Of a stretch of DNA of 64,000 nt, positions 63,224-64,000 are shown in pieces. The notes under the pieces are model-generated. The model saw only the letters and a program-made list of their open reading frames with translations, did no database searches and was not told the origin of the DNA. The stretch is taken from contig DATJFG010000133.1 of the NCBI GenBank assembly GCA_035495775.1, positions 10,178-74,177 on the forward strand, given 5' to 3'. Both the position numbers and the translations under genes were made by a program. This stretch comes from Verrucomicrobiia bacterium (GTDB taxonomy: Bacteria; Desulfobacterota; Binatia; UBA9968). How positions within the stretch are numbered: position 1 is the first letter of the stretch; each line of letters begins with the position of its first letter.

Positions 63224-64000
63224 TTACACCGCTTTCCTTTTCTGACCGGCGGCGGGCATCAGCGCGCTCAGCTCGTCGAGCAGCCGCTTCATGTTCTCCT
63301 CGTACAATTTTATGTGTTCGGCGCTCATCGGCTTCGTCGGCCATCTGGGATATTCTTTCACCTGGAGCCCCCTGATCCGCAGCCCTTGCAGCGTGGTGCC
63401 TCTGCCGTACTGTTTCATCGGCGCCATGCGCTCGCCGTGCTCGAGCAGGAGCACCTGGATTTTCTGCGCGCGCTCGAAATCCTTCGCCCAGATCGCCTCG
63501 ATCAGCGCAACGCCGCTTTCCGGAACCGTCACCGGCGTTCCCGCGGCGATGCTGCCGCAGACGCCGACCTGCATGCCGGGGATCATCTGCGTGATCGGAA
63601 TAAAGATATTAAACTCCCGCGACATCACGCGCAGATAGTTTACCGCCTGATCGACGCTCCCCATCGCAAGCTTCGCGGCGAAGACGTTCGGCACCGCTTC
63701 GCGGATTTTCGCCATCATCGGCGCCGGGATCGGATAACCGGAGTACTCCGGGTTATTGTAGAGCAGCATCGGCATTCCGACCGCCTTGTCCACCATCTTG
63801 TAGTGCTCGAGCAGCTCCCACTCGTTGCGGTCGCTGTAATAATAGGGGCCGACGACGCCGATCGCGTCCGCACCGATCTCTTTCGCGTGATTTCCGAGCT
63901 CGATGCTCGTGTACGGTTCCACCGCCCCGACCTGGACGACGCACGGCACGCGCCGGTTGACGCGGCGCACCACTGTCTCGGCGACCGCTTTCCGCTGATC
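63224..64000 (-). CDS. DapA/NAL (dihydrodipicolinate synthase/N-acetylneuraminate lyase) family class I aldolase or hydratase, N-terminus outside window
   Basis: ERKAVAETVVRRVNRRVPCVVQVG and downstream DapA-family blocks; the frame remains open to 64000. Confidence 0.7.
   Translation of the reverse strand, partial: DQRKAVAETVVRRVNRRVPCVVQVGAVEPYTSIELGNHAKEIGADAIGVVGPYYYSDRNEWELLEHYKMVDKAVGMPMLLYNNPEYSGYPIPAPMMAKIREAVPNVFAAKLAMGSVDQAVNYLRVMSREFNIFIPITQMIPGMQVGVCGSIAAGTPVTVPESGVALIEAIWAKDFERAQKIQVLLLEHGERMAPMKQYGRGTTLQGLRIRGLQVKEYPRWPTKPMSAEHIKLYEENMKRLLDELSALMPAAGQKRKAV

Noticed and set aside
1-64000. CRISPR arrays, tRNA/rRNA genes, integrase/transposase or phage genes
   Set aside because: No short direct repeats with regular spacing, no tRNA-like cloverleaf segments in intergenic regions, and no recombinase-like ORFs were seen. 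The window looks like core chromosome.

Overview
GC-rich (~65% GC) bacterial chromosomal segment with densely packed genes, many with ATGA stop/start overlaps. No rRNA, tRNA, CRISPR array or obvious mobile element was recognised. Main blocks, in window order:
- (i) 1-8228, minus strand: a 10-gene operon for a class-I benzoyl-CoA-reductase-like ATP-dependent enzyme (two HgdAB/BcrBC-like subunits plus two short BadF/BadG/BcrA/BcrD-family ATPases). It is followed by an SDR dehydrogenase, an amidohydrolase-2, a crotonase, a PaaA/C-like diiron protein and a Rieske oxygenase. A textbook sigma54 promoter drives it.
- (ii) 8521-9974: a small ferritin-like protein plus a sigma54 enhancer-binding protein with no sensory domain.
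- (iii) Further operons, several with sigma54 promoters: an APH/P-loop kinase fusion with a thiolase; a B12-binding radical SAM enzyme; RidA-UbiD with two NMT1-like binding proteins; and an LTxxQ periplasmic protein with a radical-SAM/SPASM enzyme.
- (iv) A split pyruvate:ferredoxin oxidoreductase, a VIT-family transporter, a PCYCGC-motif protein with an in-frame TGA, and a NapH/CcoG-like polyferredoxin, immediately followed by napAB.
- (v) Two tandem cupredoxin-like paralogs.
- (vi) 33251-46845, plus strand: a ~13.6 kb heme-rich operon. It contains an MtrAB/MtoAB/PioAB-like porin-cytochrome pair, MtoD-like monoheme cytochromes, a four-domain cytochrome c, a nonaheme cytochrome and a Rieske/cytochrome b/hexaheme-c complex. 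It also contains a CbcL-like multiheme-c/diheme-b fusion and an ImcH-like 13-heme membrane cytochrome.
- (vii) An NtrC-type regulator, a sigma54 promoter, PF04392 binding proteins (one frameshifted), a Cache/HAMP/GAF histidine kinase, receiver proteins and a receiver-adenylate cyclase.
- (viii) A minus-strand ABC transporter plus an aromatic-acid catabolic operon (PhtD-like decarboxylase, gentisate 1,2-dioxygenase, amidohydrolase-2, DapA-family enzyme).
The strongest global signal is a family of near-identical TGGCAT-N5-TTGCT sigma54 promoters in front of at least five transcription units, at 8281, 10074, 14428, 19766 and 48524. All calls come from reading the six-frame ORF track and the sequence by eye. 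No database search was run, and the family assignments rest on motifs I recognise.
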